In this document: one piece after another, positions 1-9,165 of the stretch
How the letters are laid out: each line of letters starts with the position of its first letter
Position numbering within the stretch: position 1 is the stretch's first letter
Assembly: GCA_965249555.1 (NCBI GenBank)
Contig: OZ252243.1
Span: forward strand, 1,376,001 to 1,440,000
Direction of reading: 5' to 3'
DNA from: Nitrosopumilus sp.
GTDB lineage: Archaea > Thermoproteota > Nitrososphaeria > Nitrososphaerales > Nitrosopumilaceae
DNA length: 64,000 nucleotides
Notes under the pieces: generated by a model
What the model was told of the DNA's origin: nothing
Databases searched by the model: none
What the model saw: only the letters and a program-made list of their open reading frames with translations
Position numbers and translations under genes: made by a program

Positions 1-1029
1 GTCAACTCTTGCAGCAATGACTGCCTTTGCAGCAACTGCACGTGCAATTTTTCCTCTTTGCCATCTTGGAGCAGAATGAACCATTGCATGTTGGAATAAC
101 AGTCCATGCTTTGGTGGTTGAGAACCTGTCTTTAATGATCTAAACAATGCTTTTTCAGCTCCTAAAACTTGTATTGTACTAGCAGGAAGTGATGCTAATC
201 TTTTGAGACTTCCAGCTCTTCCTAAAATTCTTGCACCAACTGCACTACCAAGTATTGCTGAAAGATTTGGTGCAATTGATACCATTTCAGATTCTACATG
301 TTCTTCAAGTTTTTTACGCAAATCGTGAAAATCTAAAATTTGTTTTGCAATTGATTGCACTATTGCCAAATTAACATCAGAGATATCACCACCTCTACTT
401 TTTGATGAAATTAAAGATAACATTTCTACTTTTGTCTCTGGAAAACCTGCATCCTCAAAAACTTGTTTTGTTAATGATTCACGTTTTCCAGCCATTACAA
501 TTTGTGCATATCCGTTAATGCTGTCAATAATGTTATCTAATTCTGGAAAATGTAATCCGTACCATTCTCTAAGTCTTGAACTTAATGCATTTGCTATCTT
601 GTCAATTTCATCTAGTGAATTAATTGCTTGAATAATATGAAGATCTGGACTTTGTGATACTTCGGTAACTATTGATGATGATAATCCTAAAGCAAATTCT
701 CTGAGTTTTCCTAAAGTATCTTGAAGATTGGATGCAAAACCCGAATCAACAATTATCTGTGGTTTTGTTGTTTGTATCTTTTCTAACTCTGAGGTATCCA
801 TGATTTGACAGTCAATGGAATATTTTTTTAAAATCCCAAGTAATGATTCATCACTAACAGTGACCACTCTCTGAATTGAAGATAAATAATTTATGAGCTC
901 ATTTAGTTTTGCTTCTTTGTTTTTCACTGAAAGATACTCTTTAACTGGATTTGAGAAAGAAAATGCTTTTTCAAGTTTTTCGTCATTGAAAACAGAGATT
1001 CCCAATTCTGTTAAAATCACAGAATACAT
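1..1029 (-). CDS. nop5: C/D box snoRNP protein Nop5/Nop56/58 (partial, 3' end runs off the window)
   Basis: Not in ORF track. ATG at 1029 (MYSVILTELGISVF...), 343 codons to the window edge, with Nop-domain motifs REWYGLHFPEL and VLGAEKALFRSLKTGSQPPKHGLLFQH. Confidence 0.93.
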   Translation of the reverse strand, partial: MYSVILTELGISVFNDEKLEKAFSFSNPVKEYLSVKNKEAKLNELINYLSSIQRVVTVSDESLLGILKKYSIDCQIMDTSELEKIQTTKPQIIVDSGFASNLQDTLGKLREFALGLSSSIVTEVSQSPDLHIIQAINSLDEIDKIANALSSRLREWYGLHFPELDNIIDSINGYAQIVMAGKRESLTKQVFEDAGFPETKVEMLSLISSKSRGGDISDVNLAIVQSIAKQILDFHDLRKKLEEHVESEMVSIAPNLSAILGSAVGARILGRAGSLKRLASLPASTIQVLGAEKALFRSLKTGSQPPKHGLLFQHAMVHSAPRWQRGKIARAVAAKAVIAARVD

Positions 1030-1114
1030 GAATAGTTCAGTCTAAATCACCTTTAAAAAAGGTACCAGAATTATGAATCAACTGTTATATTCGAAACTAG
1101 GTTCATTAATCAAA

Positions 1115-2026
1115 GTGGAACCTCATCTTGCAACCTCGATAGGTCAAATTCGATTAGATAGACCTGTAATGTTGGCATCAGGAATACTGGGAATCTCATT
1201 GGATGTATTTAATCGTCTATATCGCTCTGGAGCAGGAGCTGTAGTGACAAAATCTCTTAGTAAGGAACCTTGGGAAGGTTATCCAAATCCAACTATCTTT
1301 AGTGTAAAAGGTGACGGTTGGATTAATGCTGTAGGTCTATCAAATCCTGGAGCCCCAAATTTTGCTAAAATAATTGAATCTAATCAAAATGTTCCAATAA
1401 TAGTAAGTTTGGTGGGTTCTATTCCTGAAGACTTTGAAATGATGATAAAAGAATTTGAAAACTGCAAAGTTACAGCATATGAATTGAATCTATCGTGTCC
1501 TCATGTAGCTAAAGTTGGTTTAGAAGTAGGTGATGATCCAGAACTGGTAAAAAAAATTGTAACTACCGTCAAAAATTCAACTGATGTTCCAGTAATTGCC
1601 AAAGTTGGTTTGGGTACAACTCACTATCTAAATACTGTAAGCACTGCAATTGATTCCGGAATTGATGCTATCACCGCAATCAATACTGTTAGAGCAATGG
1701 CAATAAATGTTGAAACAAAACGTCCAATTCTAAGCAATAAATTTGGTGGATTGTCTGGTACTCCAATCAAACCAATTGCATTAAGATGTGTTTATGAAAT
1801 TTCTTCAAAATATGACATTCCGATAATTGGATGCGGTGGTATATCCACTTGGGAAGATGCAGTTGAGTTTTTCTTGGCAGGAGCTTCTGCAATACAAATT
1901 GGTAGTGCAATTGGTGATAATTGGGTTGATGTTTTTAGTGATATCAATAACGGAATAATTTCCTACATGAAAAGAAATGGTTTTTCAAAAATAGCGGATA
2001 TGGTGGGTATTGCAAAGAAATCATAA
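1115..2026 (+). CDS. pyrD: dihydroorotate dehydrogenase (class 1B catalytic subunit)
   Basis: MLASG, NAVGLSNPG, ELNLSCPH, GGLSG, IIGCGGI motifs; likely GTG start at 1115 (ORF track starts 1073). Confidence 0.95.
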   Translation: MEPHLATSIGQIRLDRPVMLASGILGISLDVFNRLYRSGAGAVVTKSLSKEPWEGYPNPTIFSVKGDGWINAVGLSNPGAPNFAKIIESNQNVPIIVSLVGSIPEDFEMMIKEFENCKVTAYELNLSCPHVAKVGLEVGDDPELVKKIVTTVKNSTDVPVIAKVGLGTTHYLNTVSTAIDSGIDAITAINTVRAMAINVETKRPILSNKFGGLSGTPIKPIALRCVYEISSKYDIPIIGCGGISTWEDAVEFFLAGASAIQIGSAIGDNWVDVFSDINNGIISYMKRNGFSKIADMVGIAKKS

Positions 2027-2828
2027 CCATCCAACAATTGTAACAATTGAAAAAGTAATTGATGAAACTCCAACTGTTAGAACTTTAGTTTTTTCAGATG
2101 AAGTAATGTCAAATGTTCTTCCTGGACAATTTGCAATGGTTTGGATTCCTGGAGTAAATGAATTACCAATGAGTGTAATGATTTCCAAAGAACCTGGAAA
2201 GGCTGCATTCACTGTAAGAAAACACGGACCTGCTTCTACTGGTTTATTCAATGTAAAAGTTGGAGGGCAAATTGGAGTTCGAGGTCCATATGGAAACTCT
2301 TTTGATATCAAAGAAGGAAAACTCTTGCTAGTTGGTGGTGGAACTGGCCTTGTTCCTATGATGAGATTACTTACTTTTGTAAAACCTACAGATGATGTTA
2401 CTGTTCTAATTGGTGCCAAATCAAAAGACGAAGTCTTCTTTGAAGATTTGGCCAACAGTCTTTTGGAAAACAATACTCATCAAGTAATTATTTCCACTGA
2501 TGACGGAAGTTACGGCGAAGAAGGATTTGTAACTGATTTGGTAGAAAAACTTGTCAATGAAACCCGCTTTGATGCTGTGTATGTTTGTGGTCCTGAGATT
2601 ATGATGCATAAAACAGTCCAATCAGCACATTCAAGGGGCATATTTGTTCAAGCCAGTCTCGAGCGAATGATGAAATGTGGAGTTGGAATTTGCGGTAGTT
2701 GTTGTGTTGGCGAGGATCTTGTTTGCAGGGATGGAACAATATTTGATGGAGAACATCTTTCCTCAAACAAGGAATTTGGATATTTTTACAGAAACAAGGC
2801 TGGAATTTTAGAAAACTACCAAGTTTAA
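2010..2828 (+). CDS. pyrK: dihydroorotate dehydrogenase electron transfer subunit
   Basis: RGPYGN, GGGTG, CGP and MKCGVGICGSC...VCRDG [2Fe-2S] motif; overlaps pyrD. Confidence 0.95.
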   Translation: MQRNHNHPTIVTIEKVIDETPTVRTLVFSDEVMSNVLPGQFAMVWIPGVNELPMSVMISKEPGKAAFTVRKHGPASTGLFNVKVGGQIGVRGPYGNSFDIKEGKLLLVGGGTGLVPMMRLLTFVKPTDDVTVLIGAKSKDEVFFEDLANSLLENNTHQVIISTDDGSYGEEGFVTDLVEKLVNETRFDAVYVCGPEIMMHKTVQSAHSRGIFVQASLERMMKCGVGICGSCCVGEDLVCRDGTIFDGEHLSSNKEFGYFYRNKAGILENYQV

Positions 2829-2873
2829 CCAGCAAGGTTTAAACTAAATCATAAAATTAATTTCGTGAAGGTA

Positions 2874-4598
2874 ATGGGAACTCCAAAGATTGTTTTAACT
2901 GCTGATCGTACTCTGATGTCTCCATATAGGGGATTATCTCTGGCAACCTTTTTTGGATGTGCACCAGCTCTTGACCCTCATAGAAAAAAAAGTAGTTTTT
3001 GGTACAAAATTCTTGGAAATCAAGTTACTCCAAAAATTTTATTTGATTTTATTTGTAACTATATTCCTCATACAAATGGTGTTGCAAATTATGCACCATA
3101 TGGATTAAGAAAATTAGAAGCTGGTTTACTACGAGATGGATTTAGCAGACAAGATGTTGTTGTTGCCCATCCTGATCATATTGAGCAATTCATTGGACCT
3201 GAAACAGAAGTTGTTGGAACATATGAAATGGATCCTCTTGGAATGGGTCCAGTAACTATGACGTTTACTTATGGCAGAAAACAAATCTCTTATGATGAAT
3301 TTTACAATACTGAATTACATCGTAGAATTAAAGCTGCAAAAGCAAAAACTGGAAGTAAAGCCAAAGTAATTTCTGGAGCATCTGGAACATGGCAGTATAA
3401 CTATGATCCAGAAAAAATTGAAGAATTTGGTATCTATGCTATACTAGAGGGAGAACTTGGTGGAATTGCACCAGAAATTGATGGGCACGCTGGAAGATTC
3501 TTCAACTATTTGATTAACGGTGACTTTGAAAATATGGATCCTTTCAGAAAGAGAAGTGACTTTAAAGTAAACATTAAAGAATTTGAAAGAAACGGCAAAA
3601 GAATTCATGGGCGATTTGTCAATTTCTGGGATAGACCTGACATGGATGAAATTCCTGATATTGTTGAACCAAGTATGCATGGAATGGTTGAAGTAATGCG
3701 TGGATGTGGACGAGGCTGTAAATTCTGTGATGTTACATTAAGATCATTGAGATACTATCCACCAGAAAAAGTTGTAAAAGAAATTGAGGTGAATATGAAA
3801 AAAGGTGGTGCTAAATCTGCATGGATTCATAGTGATGATATTTTTGTTTATGGAATGGATCCAAGAACTGCAAAGGGAATGGAACCAAACCGAGAAGCAC
3901 TTGAAGAATTATTCTCTGCAATCATGTCTACTGGTGTAGAGCACACAAATCCAACACATGGAACATTGGCAGGAGCAATAGCTGATGAAAAACTTCTTCC
4001 AAATCTATCTAAAATCATCAAAGCAGGTCCAGATAATTTGATTGGTGTGCAAGTTGGATTTGAAACTGGAAGTTTGAGATTAATTGAGAAGTATGCAGAT
4101 AGAAAACTTGCACCTTATCGCCCAGAAGAATGGCATTGGGTTGTAAAAGAAGGTGTAAAGACGATGAACGAAAACTATTGGATTCCAGCATTTACACTTA
4201 TCATGGGTCTTGATAATGATGAAACTCCTGAAGATTCATGGGAATCTATTCGTTTAATCAACGAATTAGAACGTGAACAACCAAATGCAATGTTTACTGC
4301 TACTGCACTAACATTTGTTCCAATTGGATTACTAGAACAATCTGATTTCTTTAACATTGGAAATGAGATGACTCCAGCACAACTAGGGGTTTTATACAAA
4401 ACATGGCAACACAACTTCAAATATGGTATTCAAAAATTTATGACCAAAACTGGTGCAAAAGGTCCTGGAAGATTATTCTTCAATGCACTTGCAAGATCTC
4501 TTGGTGGTATTCCACTTAGTGCAATGGAGAAATATGCACGTAGGAAGAGTAAGGAACACGAACGAGTTATTGAAGTTATTAAAGCAAAATACTGGTAG
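2874..4598 (+). CDS. radical SAM protein resembling the GDGT ring synthase (GrsA/GrsB) family
   Basis: CxxxCxxC (CGRGCKFC); N-terminal IVLTADR and APYGLRKLEA..DPLG motifs recalled from Grs-type tetraether-lipid enzymes. Radical SAM call is firm, subfamily is from recall. Confidence 0.8.
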   Translation: MGTPKIVLTADRTLMSPYRGLSLATFFGCAPALDPHRKKSSFWYKILGNQVTPKILFDFICNYIPHTNGVANYAPYGLRKLEAGLLRDGFSRQDVVVAHPDHIEQFIGPETEVVGTYEMDPLGMGPVTMTFTYGRKQISYDEFYNTELHRRIKAAKAKTGSKAKVISGASGTWQYNYDPEKIEEFGIYAILEGELGGIAPEIDGHAGRFFNYLINGDFENMDPFRKRSDFKVNIKEFERNGKRIHGRFVNFWDRPDMDEIPDIVEPSMHGMVEVMRGCGRGCKFCDVTLRSLRYYPPEKVVKEIEVNMKKGGAKSAWIHSDDIFVYGMDPRTAKGMEPNREALEELFSAIMSTGVEHTNPTHGTLAGAIADEKLLPNLSKIIKAGPDNLIGVQVGFETGSLRLIEKYADRKLAPYRPEEWHWVVKEGVKTMNENYWIPAFTLIMGLDNDETPEDSWESIRLINELEREQPNAMFTATALTFVPIGLLEQSDFFNIGNEMTPAQLGVLYKTWQHNFKYGIQKFMTKTGAKGPGRLFFNALARSLGGIPLSAMEKYARRKSKEHERVIEVIKAKYW

Positions 4599-4638
4599 TC
4601 ATACAAATACATAAATTTACTAGTTTGCATTTATTGTC

Positions 4639-4821
4639 ATGGCAACACACGGTTCTATTACCAAAGCAGGTAAAGTAAGAGGACAAACTCCAAAAATAGA
4701 AGGAAGAAAAATTGTAGGCGACAGCTCTAGTGTTGCAAACAAAGGTAATTTCAAAAAACGATTTGCTCTTGGTCGATATCCTGGACAAAACAAACCAGGC
4801 CAAAGACGAAAGAGACGATAG
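4639..4821 (+). CDS. rps30e: 30S ribosomal protein S30e
   Basis: HGSITKAGKVRGQTPK signature. Confidence 0.95.
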   Translation: MATHGSITKAGKVRGQTPKIEGRKIVGDSSSVANKGNFKKRFALGRYPGQNKPGQRRKRR

Positions 4822-4872
4822 TCTATTTTTACTAAAATTTTATCATCTCACGATCAATCAATTAAACACGTC

Positions 4873-4985
4873 TGTTCAATCTTCGGGACATTTCCACCTG
4901 CTGTTCGATTAGGGACATGGAAAATCACAATTTCGATATTATGGGCATTTTACCAGTGTTTGATTCGGGACATGGGAAATTTGAA
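4873..4985. repeat. degenerate ~27-29 bp repeats (TGTTYRAT..GGGACAT core), possibly a decayed CDS
   Basis: tgttcaatcttcgggacat (4873), tgttcgattagggacatggaaaat (4902), tgtttgattcgggacatgggaaat (4957), weaker unit at 4931. Confidence 0.45.
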
Positions 4986-5153
4986 TGATGGGCAAAATTG
5001 CAAATTATTCATGAATTTTACAGAATTTTGGAGAAAGTCTGCATTCCTTGAATTTGTAGCAGTTAGAGTACGTAAAGTTAGTACAAGCTGAGTGTAACTT
5101 AATAGGTATAATTTATCAAATAAATTGATGACCTTTTTTATTTTTTTCTAATT

Positions 5154-5348
5154 ATGGCATTTGCTCAGATAGAAGGAGATGTTGTTTGTGATCCTGAAGT
5201 GGATTGTTTAGAGAATGTCCCAAGTTTTTCAATTGATGGCATTTCTTTTACTGAATTACATGTTGTTATTTTTCCAATTTTATTTCTTGTAATTACAATA
5301 ACCATAATTATTATAATATGGAAGAAATATAAAAAAAGTAATGTTTGA
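5154..5348 (+). CDS. small membrane protein, hypothetical (possibly 5'-truncated secreted protein)
   Basis: AFAQ at the very N-terminus, C-terminal TM helix followed by basic tail WKKYKK. Confidence 0.5.
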   Translation: MAFAQIEGDVVCDPEVDCLENVPSFSIDGISFTELHVVIFPILFLVITITIIIIIWKKYKKSNV

Positions 5349-5482
5349 TCGAAACGATATTGACTATCGTAGAATTGTAATAGCCTTTGGAATTGCAGTA
5401 TTTTTTTATGGTTGAAATATCATATTTAACGAATTTTTTTATGAAAGGATAATCTCTTTTTTTATCTTTTTACCAAAAATAT

Positions 5483-5839
5483 TTGCTTAAACAGAATGTA
5501 GGATCTATTTTAAATAGCGAATTATTTTATAATAATGTGATGGCTAAAATTCATTCATTAGGAGATATGGGGTTTCAGTATTATTATTCAATTAGTCAAT
5601 TAAAACCCAAACTTAAAGGACACATTATATCCGTGAAAATGAATTTTCAAAAACCTGATGGTCTTCAATTTATCAAAGAAGCTAAATTAAATGATGAAGA
5701 TTTCATTATTTATATCAATAAAAAAAGTGATGGTGAATCAATATTAAATCAAAGAGGTGATTGGGAATTTTGGCCTACAATTGAAACAGATTTGGAGATA
5801 TTTTCATGTCCGAAACATGAATCTTTTTGGGTAACATAA
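5483..5839 (+). CDS. hypothetical protein
   Basis: 118-aa ORF in very AT-rich segment; true start may be ~5537; no recognisable family. Confidence 0.5.
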   Translation: MLKQNVGSILNSELFYNNVMAKIHSLGDMGFQYYYSISQLKPKLKGHIISVKMNFQKPDGLQFIKEAKLNDEDFIIYINKKSDGESILNQRGDWEFWPTIETDLEIFSCPKHESFWVT

Positions 5840-5978
5840 TTTTCTATTTTTTGCATTATTGTGATAAAATGTAAATATTTGATAATTTAATAGCCACTTT
5901 TGCTATATATTAATTAAATCTAATGAAATTCATTACATATTAGACGAATTTATAAGCATTTTTGATAATTTTTAATCA

Positions 5979-7199
5979 ATGGTTGTTGTTATTGATCCAC
6001 AGATTGCTGGAATATCTGGAGATATGCTACTTTGCTCCTTGGTGGATTTAGGTGCTGACCAAAATAAGATAATTGATGGAATAAAACAATCAGAAAAATT
6101 TTTCTCAAACTCATCTATTAAAAAAATTGATTTTCAAAAAATTACTAAACATGGTATTCAATCTGTTCAATTAATTCTAGAAATCAAAGAAGATGTTCAC
6201 GAAAGAAAAGGTTCAGAAATCAAACAGGCAATTGTTGATTCTATCCAATCTATTGGACTTTCAGAAGATGCAAAATCATTTTCAGAATCTTGTATTGATA
6301 CACTTATTTCTTCTGAATCTGCAATTCATGGAATCCCTGCCGAGTCCGTTTACTTTCATGAGGCATCTAGTATTGACACTCTTGTGGATATTGTTGGCAT
6401 TACAATTGCTTTAGAAGATTTAGGGCTATTTGATGAAAAAATTCTTTGTTTACCTATATCTGTTGGTGGAGGTAATGTAACTTTTTCACATGGGACCATG
6501 TCGAACCCAGCCAGTGCTATTCTTGAGATTTTTAAAAATTCAAATTTTATAATCAAAGGAAATACTGCAAATGAAGAACTCACCACTCCTACTGGGGCTT
6601 GTATTTTAGTAAATCTAGCAAATAATGCTGTAGAATATTATCCTTCCATGAAAATTGATTCAATTGGTTATGGTGCTGGACAAAAAAATTTTGAAACTTT
6701 TTCAAATGTTTTAAAAATTGTTAGAGGTGCGGAAAATAATTTTAATATTGATTCCGTAAAAATCCTTGAAACAAATGTGGATGATGTTTCAGGAGAAATT
6801 CTGGGAAATCTAATTGAAAAAATTATGGAAAAAGGTGCAAAAGACGTTTCAATTTATCATGGAATTACCAAGAAAGGAAGACCCACAAATCTTGTATCTG
6901 TAATTTGTAGTGATGAAAATGTTGAAGAAATAGTTGATACCCTAGTACTTGAAACTGGTACCTTAGGAATTCGAATTTCTGAGTCTAATAGATTTACTGT
7001 TCCTAGAACAATTCATACTGTTTCTCTAACTTTGAATGGAAAATCTTTTCAGGTAAATTACAAAAAATCCTCCTTTAAAGGAAAAACTGATTTTAAAATT
7101 GAATTTGATGACTTGAAAAATGTATCTAATACAATTGACAAATCAATTAAGGAGACCGAGTCATTATTAAGAAAAGAGATTGAGAAATTAGAGGATTAA
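5979..7199 (+). CDS. larC: nickel pincer cofactor biosynthesis protein LarC
   Basis: GISGDM, FHE..SIDTLVDIVG, ELTTPTGA, GYGAG, ILETNVDD, KKGRP, ETGTLGIR. Confidence 0.93.
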   Translation: MVVVIDPQIAGISGDMLLCSLVDLGADQNKIIDGIKQSEKFFSNSSIKKIDFQKITKHGIQSVQLILEIKEDVHERKGSEIKQAIVDSIQSIGLSEDAKSFSESCIDTLISSESAIHGIPAESVYFHEASSIDTLVDIVGITIALEDLGLFDEKILCLPISVGGGNVTFSHGTMSNPASAILEIFKNSNFIIKGNTANEELTTPTGACILVNLANNAVEYYPSMKIDSIGYGAGQKNFETFSNVLKIVRGAENNFNIDSVKILETNVDDVSGEILGNLIEKIMEKGAKDVSIYHGITKKGRPTNLVSVICSDENVEEIVDTLVLETGTLGIRISESNRFTVPRTIHTVSLTLNGKSFQVNYKKSSFKGKTDFKIEFDDLKNVSNTIDKSIKETESLLRKEIEKLED

Positions 7200-7999
7200 T
7201 GATGACAAAGCTGGATGAATTAGTTAATTGGTTTGAATCCAAAAACAAGGTAATGGTTGCACTTTCCGGTGGTGTTGATAGTGCACTTGTTGCATATGCT
7301 GCTTTTCAAAAACTAGGAAATTCAGCAATTGCAGTAACTGCTGATTACAAAACTTTGTCTGAGGAAGAACTTCATTCTGCCAAGCAAATATGCAGTGAGA
7401 TAGGAATGAGACAACTCTTTTTGGACTATAATGAACTTGAAAATGAAGAATTTGTAAAAAATGATTCAAATCGATGTTTTCATTGTAGAATGGAATTAGG
7501 AGTTCATTTGATTGCATTGGCCAAGGAACATGATGTTTCAGTAATAGTTGATGGTACTAATCTGGATGATTTAGGTGATTATAGACCTGGAATTGAAGCT
7601 TTAAAACAAAATGGCATTCGGAGCCCACTTGTAGAAACAAACTTTTCAAAATCAGAAATTAGAGAAGCTGCAAAATTTGTAGGATTATCTGTTTATGACA
7701 AACCATCAAACTCTTGTTTGGCTTCCAGAATACCTTGGGGGCAAAGAGTAACAGCTGAGACATTAACTAGAATTGAATTTGGAGAAACAATTGTTAAACA
7801 ACTTACAAATGTAAAACAAGTTAGAGTTCGAGATCTTAACGGTTGTGCAAAAATTGAAGTTGACAAAGTAATGATATCTTCATTTACTGATGTTATTCTG
7901 AATAAAATCACTGAAAAACTAAAGATGATTGGATTTTCTGCAGTTGAAATTGATCAGGATGGATATAAACCGGGAAAAATTAATGTGATTGCAGATTGA
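7199..7999 (+). CDS. larE: ATP-dependent sulfur transferase LarE
   Basis: PP-loop SGGVDS, RCFHC, DGTNLDD..DYRPG, KPSNSCLASRIP, QVRVR. Confidence 0.93.
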   Translation: MMTKLDELVNWFESKNKVMVALSGGVDSALVAYAAFQKLGNSAIAVTADYKTLSEEELHSAKQICSEIGMRQLFLDYNELENEEFVKNDSNRCFHCRMELGVHLIALAKEHDVSVIVDGTNLDDLGDYRPGIEALKQNGIRSPLVETNFSKSEIREAAKFVGLSVYDKPSNSCLASRIPWGQRVTAETLTRIEFGETIVKQLTNVKQVRVRDLNGCAKIEVDKVMISSFTDVILNKITEKLKMIGFSAVEIDQDGYKPGKINVIAD

Positions 8000-9165
8000 T
8001 CTATCTGGATAATGCAGCATCAACTCAGATTCATGAGGATGTTTTGAATTCAATGCTACCATATCTGAAAGAGCAATATGGAAATCCATCATCTCTACAT
8101 CGTTATGGTAGATTAGCTCACAAAGCAATTGAAAAATCCAGAAAACAAATTGCATCTTTAATCAATGCAGAACCATCTGAAATTTTACTCACATCTGGTG
8201 GTACTGAATCAAACAATACTGCCTTACAAGGAATAGCCATGAAAAATACCTCTGGGCAAATCATAACCTCCTTAATTGAACATGATGCAATTTTAGAACC
8301 ATGTAAAAAATTAGAACAGAATGGATTTGATGTAGATTATTTACCCGTAAACAAGTTTGGAATGGTTGATTCGTCTGTTTTGAAAAGCCATATTTCTGAT
8401 AAAACTAGTCTTGTCTCTATTATGTTTGGAAATAACGAGGTAGGTACTATACAAGCAATCTCTGAACTATCCAAAATATGTAATGAAAATAACATTCTAT
8501 TTCATACTGATGCTGTACAAGCAGTTGGCAAAGTTCCTCTAGATGTTAAAAAATTAGGAATAGATTTACTATCTATTTCTTCTCACAAGCTATATGGTCC
8601 CAAGGGAATAGGTGCATTATATATTAAAAATGGTATAGATATTGATCCTGTAATTCTGGGTGGAGGACAAGAGCATGGATTACGTTCTGGAACTGAAAAT
8701 GTTGCAAGCATTGTAGGATTTGGAAAGGCATGTGAAATGGCACAAAATAATCTAAATGAAAATATCTCTCAAATAAAAAAACTTAGAGACAATCTAGTTG
8801 AAAAAGTACTAAATGAAATTCCTGAAGTGATTTTAAATGGCCATCCTCAATTCCGTTTACCAAATAATGCCCATTTTACATTTCTTGGTGTAAATGGTGA
8901 GGATCTTATAATCAAACTTGATGAGTATGGAATTGCGGCATCTACAGGTTCTGCATGTTCTGTAAATACACAAAAAGCTTCCCATGTTTTACAAGCAATG
9001 GGATTTTCACTTGAACAAATTACTGGTTCTCTGCGATTGACAATAGGAATTTTTAATGACCAAAAAGAAATCGATCAAACAGTTGATATTCTCAAAAAAA
9101 TAGTTCAAGAACTTCGTGCAGTTTCCCCATTCAAAGAAAAATATTCTTTTGTTTCAAAAAACTAA
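7996..9165 (+). CDS. iscS: cysteine desulfurase (IscS/NifS type)
   Basis: IYLDNAAST, SGGTESNN, HTDAVQ, SSHKLYGPKGIG, RSGTENV, STGSAC. Confidence 0.95.
   Translation: MIYLDNAASTQIHEDVLNSMLPYLKEQYGNPSSLHRYGRLAHKAIEKSRKQIASLINAEPSEILLTSGGTESNNTALQGIAMKNTSGQIITSLIEHDAILEPCKKLEQNGFDVDYLPVNKFGMVDSSVLKSHISDKTSLVSIMFGNNEVGTIQAISELSKICNENNILFHTDAVQAVGKVPLDVKKLGIDLLSISSHKLYGPKGIGALYIKNGIDIDPVILGGGQEHGLRSGTENVASIVGFGKACEMAQNNLNENISQIKKLRDNLVEKVLNEIPEVILNGHPQFRLPNNAHFTFLGVNGEDLIIKLDEYGIAASTGSACSVNTQKASHVLQAMGFSLEQITGSLRLTIGIFNDQKEIDQTVDILKKIVQELRAVSPFKEKYSFVSKN

Noticed and set aside
1-1029. Nop-domain protein as a TIGR-Tas or IS110-like RNA-guided effector
   Set aside because: It looks like canonical archaeal Nop5 in a housekeeping context, with no fused nuclease and no adjacent repeat array in the visible part
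2021-2835. Short antisense and alternate-frame ORFs within pyrK and other core genes across the window
   Set aside because: Shadow ORFs fully overlapping well-supported genes, with no motifs
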